The notes below the pieces were generated by a model, which was not told the origin of the DNA, did no database searches, and saw only the letters and a program-made list of their open reading frames with translations. The position numbers and the translations under genes were made by a program. From Ministeria vibrans ATCC 50519 (Eukaryota; Protista; Filasterea): a stretch of DNA of 64,000 nt. The first letter of the stretch is position 1. Each line of letters starts with the position of its first letter. This document shows positions 47,859 through 60,219 of the stretch, piece by piece. Location: NCBI GenBank assembly GCA_943704425.1, contig CALSCP010000013.1, positions 1 to 64,000 on the forward strand. Reading direction: 5' to 3'.

Positions 47859-50800
47859 NNNNNNNNNNNNNNNNNNNNNNNNNNNNNNNNNNNNNNNNNN
47901 NNNNNNNNNNNNNNNNNNNNNNNNNNNNNNNNNNNNNNNNNNNNNNNNNNNNNNNNNNNNNNNNNNNNNNNNNNNNNNNNNNNNNNNNNNNNNNNNNNNN
48001 NNNNNNNNNNNNNNNNNNNNNNNNNNNNNNNNNNNNNNNNNNNNNNNNNNNNNNNNNNNNNNNNNNNNNNNNNNNNNNNNNNNNNNNNNNNNNNNNNNNN
48101 NNNNNNNNNNNNNNNNNNNNNNNNNNNNNNNNNNNNNNNNNNNNNNNNNNNNNNNNNNNNNNNNNNNNNNNNNNNNNNNNNNNNNNNNNNNNNNNNNNNN
48201 NNNNNNNNNNNNNNNNNNNNNNNNNNNNNNNNNNNNNNNNNNNNNNNNNNNNNNNNNNNNNNNNNNNNNNNNNNNNNNNNNNNNNNNNNNNNNNNNNNNN
48301 NNNNNNNNNNNNNNNNNNNNNNNNNNNNNNNNNNNNNNNNNNNNNNNNNNNNNNNNNNNNNNNNNNNNNNNNNNNNNNNNNNNNNNNNNNNNNNNNNNNN
48401 NNNNNNNNNNNNNNNNNNNNNNNNNNNNNNNNNNNNNNNNNNNNNNNNNNNNNNNNNNNNNNNNNNNNNNNNNNNNNNNNNNNNNNNNNNNNNNNNNNNN
48501 NNNNNNNNNNNNNNNNNNNNNNNNNNNNNNNNNNNNNNNNNNNNNNNNNNNNNNNNNNNNNNNNNNNNNNNNNNNNNNNNNNNNNNNNNNNNNNNNNNNN
48601 NNNNNNNNNNNNNNNNNNNNNNNNNNNNNNNNNNNNNNNNNNNNNNNNNNNNNNNNNNNNNNNNNNNNNNNNNNNNNNNNNNNNNNNNNNNNNNNNNNNN
48701 NNNNNNNNNNNNNNNNNNNNNNNNNNNNNNNNNNNNNNNNNNNNNNNNNNNNNNNNNNNNNNNNNNNNNNNNNNNNNNNNNNNNNNNNNNNNNNNNNNNN
48801 NNNNNNNNNNNNNNNNNNNNNNNNNNNNNNNNNNNNNNNNNNNCCTTTCTCTATCTTTTACTTTTTCTCTTTCTCTATCTTTCTCTCTTTCTCCCTCCTT
48901 TCTCTCTCTTACTTTTTCTCGTTTATCTCTCTTTTACTTTTTTTTTCTTCTCTACCTTTCTCTTTTTCTCCCTCCTTTCTTTCTCTCTCTTTCTCTCTCT
49001 CTCTCTCTCGTTTTCCCTTTACGGTGATTGTGTAGGTTTGGCGAGTACGAAACGTTGAGTCGTAAGTTGAACGAATCGTCGATGGGAGGGGAGGCGCTCG
49101 TGCCGCTACTGGCACGTGTGGATGCGTGCATTGCGTATACCGGAAGCCACGGGCAGTACAAGGATGCGCTTGTTTATTTGACGAGGTAGTAGCAACGTCT
49201 CTCACGCTGTGGGGCGGGTGGGTGTTGACTAAACAAGTGAGTGTAGGTTTCGTCAGTGTCTGTCACGTGCACTGGACATGGTGCGCAAGTACATCACAAC
49301 GACTCTCAAGGACGCAACAACACAGTGTTTCGCACAGGCGAGCGTACAACGCAAGGGTGCCGCTTCCGCCGCCGCCACGGGCACTACCGCATCCGCCTCC
49401 GCGTCGTTGTCGTCGTCGCAGGCGGCACATCCCGCCCAGTCTGGGCCCCTTGCCGATCTTGTTCTCTACTATGGTCGTTTCCGCACCCATGCTCCGCGTG
49501 TCAGTCCCCTTCTCGCTGAGGTCTCGTTTTTGTTCATCTGTATTTGTTAGTATTGACAGTGGTTTCTTTTGTGTATTTAGCTGCGTGCTCGAGGAGAGTC
49601 GCAGGGTGGAGTTTATCGTGCATGTTTGGACGACTGTCGCTCGTGCTATCTCAATCAGGTCCTATCCGTTTATTGCTTTTGTATAGTGTGTTGATTTTGT
49701 GGTTGGCTGTTTAGAGACACGCTCTTATTGGTCCAATCATCGCCTCTCGAGCAGCTGCTCTTCAATCGTACGGAACTGGCTTTTGCTTCTTGGTTTTACT
49801 TTTTGTTTCTATCTCTTTTCTTATTTTTTTGTTTTTATCTTTTATCACTTTCTTTTCAATCGCTTTCTTCGCTCTATCACTGTCTTGTCGCTATCACTTT
49901 CTTCTCTCTGCCACATTCTTCTTTCTATCACATTCTTCTCTCTCTGTTCTCTGTCACTTTGTTCTCGCTATCACTTTCTTCTCTTCACCACTTTCTTTTA
50001 TCACATTCTTCTCTCTCTATCACTTTGTTCTTTTTTCTCTCTTTATCACTCACACTGCTTTTTCCCTCCTTTCTCACCTCCTTGTATGTTGTGTGTTTTG
50101 CAGTGACGGAACGACTCTCGTTAATGTGATTCGGGTGGGGTGCGATGCACTGGTACGCATTGCTCGCGATGAGTATGATCTGTATGTGCACTTCTTTGCT
50201 CAGCCCGATGAGCATTTGGATTCGCTTTTGGACTCGCTTGCACAGCCCTTTTACGATTTGTTTCGGTACTACGAAAAATGGACTGGTCGCGTGTGTTTTA
50301 ACTGTGTGTTTCTTTCTTCTTGTAGACCGTTGATTATCAAGCAGAACAGCATCGAGACACTGTGCGAGGTGTGCATGGTATTGCACAGCGAGATCCTGAG
50401 CAACCAGCACACATCGAGTGGAGTGGGTAGTGGAGGTGGAAGTGGAAGTGGCAGTGGGGGAGAGGGCAGTGCCGTCGTGTCGACGGTGACGCAGATGCTT
50501 GAGGATGTCCAGCAGCGCCTTGTCTACCGTGTGCAGGCGTATCTGGACACGGAAGTGCGTCGGTTCAAACCCGCTGCTGACGACCTGTCTTACCCCGATC
50601 GGCTGTTGGCTCAACAGCGCAGTGGCGATGGCACCCTCTCCGACAACACTGCGTCTACCGATGCCTATGCCAAGTGGTACCCGACCGTCCAGCGCACTCT
50701 CGTCTGCCTCCACAAACTCTATCGTTGCGTCGACGTAAGCCACAGTCTAACTCTACGTGAACGTACTGTCGTTATCTGACACTCATCCATATCTACAGCG

Positions 50801-51916
50801 GGATGTGTTTTCGGGAATTGCAGACGAGGCTCTGGCGTACTGCACAGCCTCTCTGCAACGTGCTAGTGCCGCCATTGTCTCTCACGTCGACTCTCAACTT
50901 TTTCTCATCTCCCAACTTCTTGTCGTTCGTGAGAGCATTTCCGCCCTGCACAACATCGACTTTACCGCCCGCGAACAAAAGATCAACTTTTCGTCTCTCA
51001 GAGGTATGTTTTTATTATTGCATCCTGTATGTGCAATTTTGCGTTTTCTGGGACTCACCTGTCTCTCATGTTGCGCCAGATGCGGCGGCCAGTCTCATCC
51101 AGCACCGCAATCGTCTGTTTGCCTTTGACCGCTCCAATGCACTTCTTGAGTTTCTTCTCGAGGGTGCTCCCCAAGTCACCCTCAGTGTCCACGACTCAAA
51201 GAAGGTCCTCACTTTCCTCCACTGTTACTCCGATCAACTGACTTGTTTCGTTTCTCTGTTTATAGGAGATTGATGTTCTGTTGAAGTCAGTGTGTGAGCG
51301 GTTCATTGAGGATACTATCAAATCGATGATCGCGCCTCTCTCGTCATTTCTCACCAAGGTAGACAGATTCTGTGTTACTGACACGCACGCTCCATCTCAT
51401 CTTTGTTTTGTGCATAGGTCGATGCGTTTATGCGAGTGCGTGCCGAATCAAAAACTGGCACCGGCTCGCCCTTGCGCGATCAGCCTTTTGCCCTTCCCGG
51501 TACATCAATATTGAATCACTCTCGTTTCGTTCTTCTCTTGCTCCTCCTCATTTTATTTCTTTTTGTGTTTGATTCGTGTTGACAGAGAAGGTAAAGGTGA
51601 TGGTGAACGAGGCGTATTTGCTGCTCCGCGCACAGAGTGACCTGACACATCGCTCGCTCTCTGTCTATCTGTCCAATGCCGATACCGAGTTTATCCTGTT
51701 TCGCCCAATCAAATCCGCCATTCTTCTTCAGGTGCATATTTTCTGTTTTTTTTTGTGTGTGTCTTGACAGTCACTCTCTTACTCTTTGTACAGTTTGAGC
51801 GACTGTGTGCGCTGATTGAGAGCCCCGAGTACACTGACGACGACCGTTTGGTCATTATGTGTCCGCCTGTCGAACAGATTCGCCTTGAGCTGCAGCCTTC
51901 CACCGACCAACCCTAA
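47696..51916 (+). CDS. COG3: Conserved oligomeric Golgi complex subunit 3 (5' exons hidden in an N-gap)
   Basis: LLARVDACIAY..H.QYKDA..YL.RFRQCLSRAL; RPLIIKQNSIETLCEVC; LEDVQQRLVYR; DDLSYPDRL; WYPTVQRTLVCLHKLYRC; YLSNADTEFILFRPIK. Confidence 0.92.
47859..48843. other. Scaffold N-gap
   Basis: Run of n flanked by CT-rich sequence. Confidence 1.
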
Positions 51917-52609
51917 AAAAAAATTGTATATCGCGCCTTTATTAAAATTTTTCTTTTTTCTTTTTTCAGAGAAATGTACTCTCGGTTAACATCTCGTTAT
52001 TTTCCATCATACGAGATATTTGACAAGCTGTGCACATACCCAACGCCGCAAGAGACGGTGGGAAAAGTGGTAATGTTTGCTCTGCGCTCGTCACTTTCAT
52101 CTTTCGACGGTGACGTAGTCGCGCTCTCTCATCGCATCTGCTCCTGCTCGATTCCGTGGTTTAGAGTAAACTTTCAGGTGACTTCGTGGTCCGATCACAA
52201 CGAGTCGTCTCGCGGACTTTTCTTTTCTTTTTTTGAAAACCTAGGATGAAAGCTTCATTGTTCAAGACAATCTAGCCTTTTTTTAATCAAACCTTCAGTT
52301 TGGTGCTACTTGTTTGCGTCCAGACACACGTTTGCTCGTTCATATATGTTATCGTTTCCCTAGAGCGGCTTTCGTCTCGTTCCGCGGGCACAAAAGGCTG
52401 TCCGCTCCCGTGCCCCACCAGACTTCTTTTCGAAATTAAGCCGTATAAGTTCAAATTTTATGTTTCACATTTCGCGGCTTATAAATGTTTTTTTATTTTT
52501 GGCAACCTAAGCACGACATACTGCGAAATACAACAATATTTTTACTGTTAATACAACATTATAGACAGCGAAAAACAATATCAAACATTGAAATTTGTTT
52601 TGACTGACC

Positions 52610-53488
52610 NNNNNNNNNNNNNNNNNNNNNNNNNNNNNNNNNNNNNNNNNNNNNNNNNNNNNNNNNNNNNNNNNNNNNNNNNNNNNNNNNNNNNNNNNNN
52701 NNNNNNNNNNNNNNNNNNNNNNNNNNNNNNNNNNNNNNNNNNNNNNNNNNNNNNNNNNNNNNNNNNNNNNNNNNNNNNNNNNNNNNNNNNNNNNNNNNNN
52801 NNNNNNNNNNNNNNNNNNNNNNNNNNNNNNNNNNNNNNNNNNNNNNNNNNNNNNNNNNNNNNNNNNNNNNNNNNNNNNNNNNNNNNNNNNNNNNNNNNNN
52901 NNNNNNNNNNNNNNNNNNNNNNNNNNNNNNNNNNNNNNNNNNNNNNNNNNNNNNNNNNNNNNNNNNNNNNNNNNNNNNNNNNNNNNNNNNNNNNNNNNNN
53001 NNNNNNNNNNNNNNNNNNNNNNNNNNNNNNNNNNNNNNNNNNNNNNNNNNNNNNNNNNNNNNNNNNNNNNNNNNNNNNNNNNNNNNNNNNNNNNNNNNNN
53101 NNNNNNNNNNNNNNNNNNNNNNNNNNNNNNNNNNNNNNNNNNNNNNNNNNNNNNNNNNNNNNNNNNNNNNNNNNNNNNNNNNNNNNNNNNNNNNNNNNNN
53201 NNNNNNNNNNNNNNNNNNNNNNNNNNNNNNNNNNNNNNNNNNNNNNNNNNNNNNNNNNNNNNNNNNNNNNNNNNNNNNNNNNNNNNNNNNNNNNNNNNNN
53301 NNNNNNNNNNNNNNNNNNNNNNNNNNNNNNNNNNNNNNNNNNNNNNNNNNNNNNNNNNNNNNNNNNNNNNNNNNNNNNNNNNNNNNNNNNNNNNNNNNNN
53401 NNNNNNNNNNNNNNNNNNNNNNNNNNNNNNNNNNNNNNNNNNNNNNNNNNNNNNNNNNNNNNNNNNNNNNNNNNNNNNNNNNNNNNNN
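52610..53488. other. Scaffold N-gap
   Basis: Run of n next to the retroelement remnant. Confidence 1.
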
Positions 53489-54000
53489 CATATGATATGC
53501 GTTGGCCCCACTCCCTCCACAGACGCTGCTCAAGGTCCGCCGCCAGCTTGTCCGAAATGGGCTCGTCGATCACACAGAGTGTCACTTTGCGATCATCGCG
53601 TGCCACACAAGTGTACATCATCAGCCTACTCGAGGCAAAAATCGCGCCAATGGGAAGCATGCCAGGTTCCAGCGTTGCTGCGCGAGCTCGTTTGGCCAGT
53701 GCGTCCGCTCTATTGTTCCACGCCTCTTCCTGTCGAGTTGGGGGCTGCACGTGTGCGCCTTCACGTGCTTCAATCGGGTCGGCGAGCAACGCTGCTGCGC
53801 TGCTCTCCACAGGAGTTCTGTGGTCACAGGAGCCTGCCGTAGCGGCTCAAGGGCGACACACAGCAATCCGTGATTTGAGCGTCCCTGAGGCTTTCACTTC
53901 CCCAGTGACGCCACATGTCTCCACGCTATATTCGGCTATGATTAACAATTCAAGCGCCCCCGCCCAATTATCGGCAGGGTTACGAGTGATCGGGTTGAGG
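53489..54000 (-). mobile_element. Degenerate retroelement RNase H fragment (probably a 5'-truncated non-LTR element) running into an assembly gap
   Basis: RNase H C-terminal motifs RLKHVKAHT and WNNRADALAKRA lie in different frames, separated by a C5 run at 53740-53744. No intact RT is visible upstream. Confidence 0.6.
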
Positions 54001-54335
54001 TGTTGGCCCAACAACGTCCACCACAATTCACAAATAGGTTCTGGTCACTTATGGCCTGCAAGATCACAGATATGGAATTTGACGAGAAGAGAGAGAGAGA
54101 GAGGAAGAAAGAGAATGAGAAAGGTCGCGCCAGGACGAGACGAACTATTTATTTTATTTTAGCATTATTATTTTTTTGTTTTTGTTATTACTATTATAGT
54201 ATTAATTTTATTATTAGTATTATTCAGCGTGTTACTCCCCCACACACTTCACAAGAACGCCTTCCATCGTCTATGCCACTTTTTACGCACACAGCTATCT
54301 GCTTAACACCCTACTAGTGTTTGATTCCGTTGGAA

Positions 54336-55674
54336 ATGGACGCAAACGAACAATTTGGCGTGTTGAACGCCAAAGCATCCGCCGCCTTTGCTGCGCTTCG
54401 TGAGCTGCCCGCGTACGGCGCTACGCACTGGGAGGCTCAGTTCAAGACAGCCTTCAAGCACTACACTGCCGTATGGCAGTTTCAGCGTGCGCACCGGCCG
54501 GTACGTGCCCCAACGGAACCGAACGACCGCCGCCCACACAGTTCCATAGACGCTCGACTTGCAACGCTACGAGATTGGCGACGTAGCCTCCATGATTGGC
54601 CAGCTGTACTTTCTCTTCTACCTGCGCAGCTCGCAGACAGAACATCTGCGGCAGAGCTTCGTGTGGTATCGTCTGGTTCTCGAGCACGAATACTACACGC
54701 ACGACGCACACACACTCGATGTGGTCCGACTGACCGAGCTGCTCAGCAAGACGCTGCGCTTCCACGTACGCTTTCTTGTGGTCTGCATTCTCTTGCAGCT
54801 TCCCAATTGGGCGGCGCGTGTGCAGCAGTGTGCCCGTGCGTGCAACTCCACGCTGCACAATCATGCGACCAGCGACGATTCGCCCTTTCGCAAGTTCGAG
54901 GCCATTCTGGATGAAATGCAGACGTTTGTCGAGGCCGACAGCACGACTCAGATCGGAGACAGTCCCACTGCATGCCTGATGCCCCTTCGACAGCCCTTAC
55001 TAACGGACTTTGCGCGAGAGAGTCGTCCACGTCTTCGTCTGGTCGATTCTATACTTGTTGGTGCTCATGCAACTCAGTCCAAGGTCAACAGCGAACGAGT
55101 CTTGCTTTAGGCTGCTGCACCTTTTGAACCAGGCATGTCTATCTATTTGTATACATAGGCATCGCAAATGACATTGGATGTGTTTCATGTGCTCTGTGCG
55201 CTCGAAGTGCCCCTTGAGCGCAATGTGGTGGATCGCGGTGCACATACAGACATAGACTCACATCCCAACGTACACCGTAATGCCAAATCTATTATAGAGC
55301 CACTGAATCATGTCACACACAGGAATCGCATCTGGTACGACATGCCGCCCACCGCAACCCCCACAAGTACATCATGCTCTCTCCCTCTGCCCCTGAGTTG
55401 CTCATGTTTCTTGCTGTGGCCACCCACGTATAAGAAAAAAAAAAAACGCTCAGGTGACTCACACGACATATATACAACACCAATACCTATCATAGGACCT
55501 GTCGCGCGTCACCACCACTCCTGCACCGGCTCTTCTGCTATACCTCAGTCTGGGTGGGCTGCATCCCTCGTCCGCCCCTCTCCAGCGCACTTCTCTCCTC
55601 CTCAACCCCCATTGTCCTCACGAGCCTTCAGTACGAAAAGTTACATTCATATTAGAATATAATAGAACTGATGC

Positions 55675-55708
<34 letters not shown>

Positions 55709-55881
55709 CAATAATAATAAAACAATAATAATAATAAAACAATAATAATAATAAAACATAATAATAAAACAATAAAACATAATAATAAAAAATAACAAGA
55801 ATAAAACAATAATAATAATAAAACAATAATAATAATAAAACAATAATAAGAATAAGAAAACAACAATAACAATAAAACAGC

Positions 55882-55923
<42 letters not shown>

Positions 55924-56710
55924 GTAATCTAATTACTGTATCATGAATAAATGGGTTGTATTCTTCTTCTAATTAATTTTATTATTATTTTTTGTCGCTT
56001 TTGTCGTCATAGGAGCAACTGAGTGCACAAGACTTGATGCCGTTTACGCGCCATGCACTGCTGCTGATCATCGATGACCAGTCGGCACAGGACCCTCCTT
56101 TGGAGTTTCTCAGTCTGACAAGTGCTTACTGTGCACCCCTTCTTGTCATTGGGGCCCCCGTTCACACCATCCCGCTTCCCCATCGCCCCTCCGACCATCC
56201 TACCTCCCTCATGGCCCTCTTTCTACAATCTCCTCTACAGGCACGGCACTTTCCATTCTCTCTCACGCATGCATGTACACACACAATCTTATCCTGACGA
56301 CTTTCAATTTTATTTAGGGTCTCTGTGTCATGTGCGGTGTTCGACAACTCAGCAACACTCAACACGACCAGAGTGAAGCGCTTCTCACATCCCTCTTTTC
56401 CCTCATGCACCGCACTCTTGCACACACACAGCCGCCCCCTCCTGCTTCCCTCTCACACTTTCTCGACGACCCTTTCGCGGCGCGTCTTCTCCTGCGCTCC
56501 ATCTTCTTCCACAATGCTCTCCTCCTCCACTCCTCCATCCCCTGCGACACCTCTTCCCAACACAAAGACCTTTACTACCTACCCTCCTTCTCAGTGCCTC
56601 TCCCCCCGTTCATTGTCTCCTTGCCCGAGCACACTCTCACCCTCTCCCAAATAATTGCCATCATTTCTCCCGCTCAAGCCAATCCCTTTTCCCTAGCACA
56701 CACACTGTAG
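54336..56710 (+). CDS. SCAI: SCAI homolog (multi-exon, includes a GC-AG intron)
   Basis: LRELPAYG..HW...F...F..YT.VWQFQ..HR; LQRYEIGDVASMIGQLY..YLRSS; KTLRFHVRFLVVCILL; DLMPFTRHALLLIID; FLDDPFAARLLLRSIF. Confidence 0.9.
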
Positions 56711-56751
56711 AATAGAATACAGCCGTCACTCAACCCACGACACACCACCTA

Positions 56752-58346
56752 CTAACAGTCGGAGCGAAAAGCAATGCGTGCGCGCAGCTCCTTGGGTTGG
56801 AGCGATAGATGAAGGCACTCCCGAACAGGTTCCGTGACAATGTCGACTGTAAAGAAGCGCACAATGCGACTCAGTGCCAGTGCGGTCTCCACCCCGACAA
56901 ACTTATACGCTGGGCAAATACGCGGACCTCCACCAAACGGCAAGAAGGCCTCTTCGTTGTGCATCTTTAGTCCCAGAGCGTGACGATCGTCGGCACTGAG
57001 GAACCGGCGTGGAAGAAACTGGGGCGCGCGCGAGAAATGCGCCTCGTCCCTCTGATTGGCACCCATCACCAACAGCATTGGGACTCCCGCCGGCACTACC
57101 ACACCTCCCACCAATTCGGTCTCGCACGTTGTTTCCCGCGCCATCACTGGCACAATGTGGTGCAATCGAGATGTCTATTCAAAAGCTCCTGTTCATCACC
57201 ATGGCCCATGCATATGGGAATTTTTCTTTTGTATACACTCACCTCGTGTATGACAGCCTGGGCAAAGGGAAGCTCTTCGAGGACACTGCGTCCGTTGTGG
57301 ACCTTGCCCGAAAACGCACATGCTTCAGAGATCAGGCGCGCTTGGGTGTCGGCACAGCGGCTCACCTCGTAGAGGGCCCACGAGAGCAAATCCGAGCTCG
57401 TCTCGTGACTCGCCGAGATGACATTGTAGATGTTGCCCAGCACCTCGTCGTCAGTGAGTCTCCGCGACTCACTGGTGTCCGTCGACGAGCGCTCTTCAAG
57501 ACGCCTCACGAATATGCTTCCGGCGGCCGACTCACGCAGCTCCTGGCAAAAATTGACCGCAATGGCATGCTGTTCGTCGTCGAGCCGGTCGCGCTCGGTG
57601 CGCAGCTCCGCCGAACGCCATGTGGGGTGGTTGGCGCGCCGAAACCGATCCCAAAACGATCGAAAGTCACTCATAAATGCTCGCACGACGCGCTCCATGT
57701 ACAATTGGCGCTCGTTCCCATCGGTGTCTAAAAGTGCGGAAGGAGGTTGCTGTAACACAGCGACAAGAAAGATTTCAAGCGCCAACCGCGCCATTTCGAA
57801 GTGGAGGTCCACCTCACACGAGTCACACCCGCCCAGAAGCAACCGCCAGCGCTGCTCAAAGGCAACTGCGACCTGCAGCATGCCGGGGGTGAACGTCGTG
57901 TACACAAGCGACGAATTCAGCGTCCGCCCTACAGCATTCCTGCTGCGCCGCCACTGCTCGCCGTTGGTCGACGTCACGCCCACAAAAAGCTCCTGAAACA
58001 CTCTTGCTTGCACTGGCGGACGCTGAAAGGTGCCAATACGTGTCTGGACCCGTCGGATAAGTTCAAGATTGCACGAACAGACACCAGCAATTCCGGCGAT
58101 ATCCATGCGCGCCGTTCGAAGTGGCACGTCGCGCAAGGCATCCCAAAGCAACGTGTGTGCATTGGTTATGTCTTTCACGAGCACGGCTGCCGTGCTGGGA
58201 TCGAGGGGCGGGAGAGACGAGAGTGAGTTGACCCGTCGTCGAAAAAGAAGCAACATGGCTGGTAAGGCGAATGTCGCAAGGAAGTTAGAGACAAGCGTCT
58301 CTGTAGAAACCGCGAGAAGATTGAACAAAAGGGGGAGCAAGACCAT
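56752..58346 (-). CDS. Cytochrome P450 (one intron near 57173-57243)
   Basis: N-terminal TM anchor; NGEQWRRSR; I-helix ASHETS; ExxR (IHE|TSRL); FLPRRF; heme motif FLPFGGGPRICPA. Confidence 0.95.
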
Positions 58347-58841
58347 GGCAGAGTTGGGGGTTAAAAATTAAAATATTGATAATTGAAGAAGAAGAAGAAG
58401 TTGATTGGAAAATAAAGAAAACCGAGAGCTGTACTCAATGTCAAAGCAAGACAATATATAAAACAAAGAGCAGCACAGTACTTCCGCCGTAGACTTCAAG
58501 ACGAGAATACCCCGAAAGAATTGATATTGAAGAAAAAGAAGAAGTATTACAATATAAATGATAATAATTATTCATTATTATTATTATTAATATATTATTA
58601 CATATTGAAGGGACGCCGATCGAACCGGCTGACCCTCAGTTCTCAGTCGTAAACTCTGAAAGTGCATTTGCATACAGCCTCACTGCCCTCACACCACACA
58701 GTTGAATCCATGTGATTGTGGATTAGCGTTTGTTTTGCGACGCACGATACTAACGTTGATTGATGTAAGCATCCTGAGAAGAATGAGATCGAAAAGAACG
58801 CAAAAGTGCAAACCTGAGACTCTGAATAACAAGGGGTTCAT

Positions 58842-59334
58842 TTATTTCATTGGGGAAAACGGAGCGGGCGCAAAGAGAGCCGAGGAATGACCTGCGGCAA
58901 ACGTAGAGTTGAGGAGGGACTGGTAGGTGGGGGCAGCGGAGAGGAGGAGTTTGGTGCCGACGGGCCCGGTGACAAAGGAGAAGGCACCGCGCACGGTGGT
59001 CGCGCCGCGGTTGGCCTGCACCGTCGCTTCCTCAAGCTGCGTGGGGCTGTCGGCGTCGAAGATGGCGTCGCCGTTGGCCAGCGGCACGGGTCCCGTGATC
59101 ATCTGTACCTGGTAGAAGTGGTTGGCGGTCGCCTCGTCCTCGGTGAACGGTCGCAGGGCACCCACGGCCATGGCCGACGACTGCGACACGAGCCACGGCT
59201 TGATCTTCGTAAAGTACTTTTGGAATGGCTTGTTCTTGGCCAAGGCAGTGCGCACCTCAGTGCGGTGATCGAGACTGTCATATCTAGATAGAGAGAGAGT
59301 TTTATAATAATAATATTATTATAATCGTGCGTGC

Positions 59335-59367
<33 letters not shown>

Positions 59368-59908
59368 GCATGCATGTGCATAGAGGAGTCCGCCTCACTC
59401 TCGTTCTCTCTCTCTCTCTCTCACGCGTGTGTGAGTCTGTGTGTGTATTTTTCTGTGTGTGTGAGGAGAAAGATTGAAACTTTTCCACTTTGATCAAATC
59501 AAAACACCCGCAAAGGCGTGGGCGCACGTGAACCCACACACCCAGTCAAAAAGAAACAGGGGGGTGTGGCGACAAGGGCCACCAAAGCCTTCTACTGAGT
59601 CTTACTCCCAAATGTGTAAGACTGAATTGAGAGTCGCTCCAGTCTCAGTCACAAAGAATCCCGACAGCGTGGACGCCTCCAGCCGCGGGTGGAACTCAGG
59701 ACCTCCCGTCAGCGCAAGGTACTTTGACATTTTATCTGAGGAAAGAGAGCAGGAGTGAGCGGCGAGGGTGGCCCATCGAGCGCGAACCGGGATGGAGCTG
59801 ATACTGTCGGATCTCATAGACCTTGGTCCTTTTGAAATCCTCCACAAAGATCGAATGGTACCGGCGACCCACAACGGAGCGAGCGGCGCGAACAGAAGCT
59901 GCAAGCAT
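58842..59908 (-). CDS. NIPSNAP: NIPSNAP family protein (NIPSNAP3-like) with predicted mitochondrial presequence, 3 exons
   Basis: Arg-rich presequence MLAASVRAARSVVGRRYH; YEIRQYQLHPDKM; ETGATLNSVLHIWEYDSLDHRTEVRTALAK; C-terminal PAPFSPMK*. Confidence 0.9.
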
Positions 59909-60219
59909 GACAAAAAGAGTGTGAAAGAGTGATCCTGAATAAATTATTCCTGATTTTAAAAGAGTGAGTTATCTGTTCCTGAAGCGACTGACGTTTCAGT
60001 TTCAGTTTGGCAGAGTGGAGCTTTATCAGATAGGTAGATCGAGAATTCAGGGTACACTCCAACACGATTTTTGGGACACTCACGAGTCACAGCGCTTTTT
60101 TTGGAGGGACTTTCCATCGTTGACTTCTGGTTGAACACTCGAATGTGAAATGTTTAGAGCTTAGTCACTTTTCAAAAGACTCAAATAAGGCAAATTCCTT
60201 CTAATTATTATTATTATAC

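Noticed and set aside
47696-54162. Long ORFs of 300-500 aa made mostly of X
   Set aside because: They are produced by the N-gaps.
59956-60138. 60-aa ORF upstream of NIPSNAP
   Set aside because: It lies in the divergent promoter, and NIPSNAP has its own presequence-bearing ATG at 59908.
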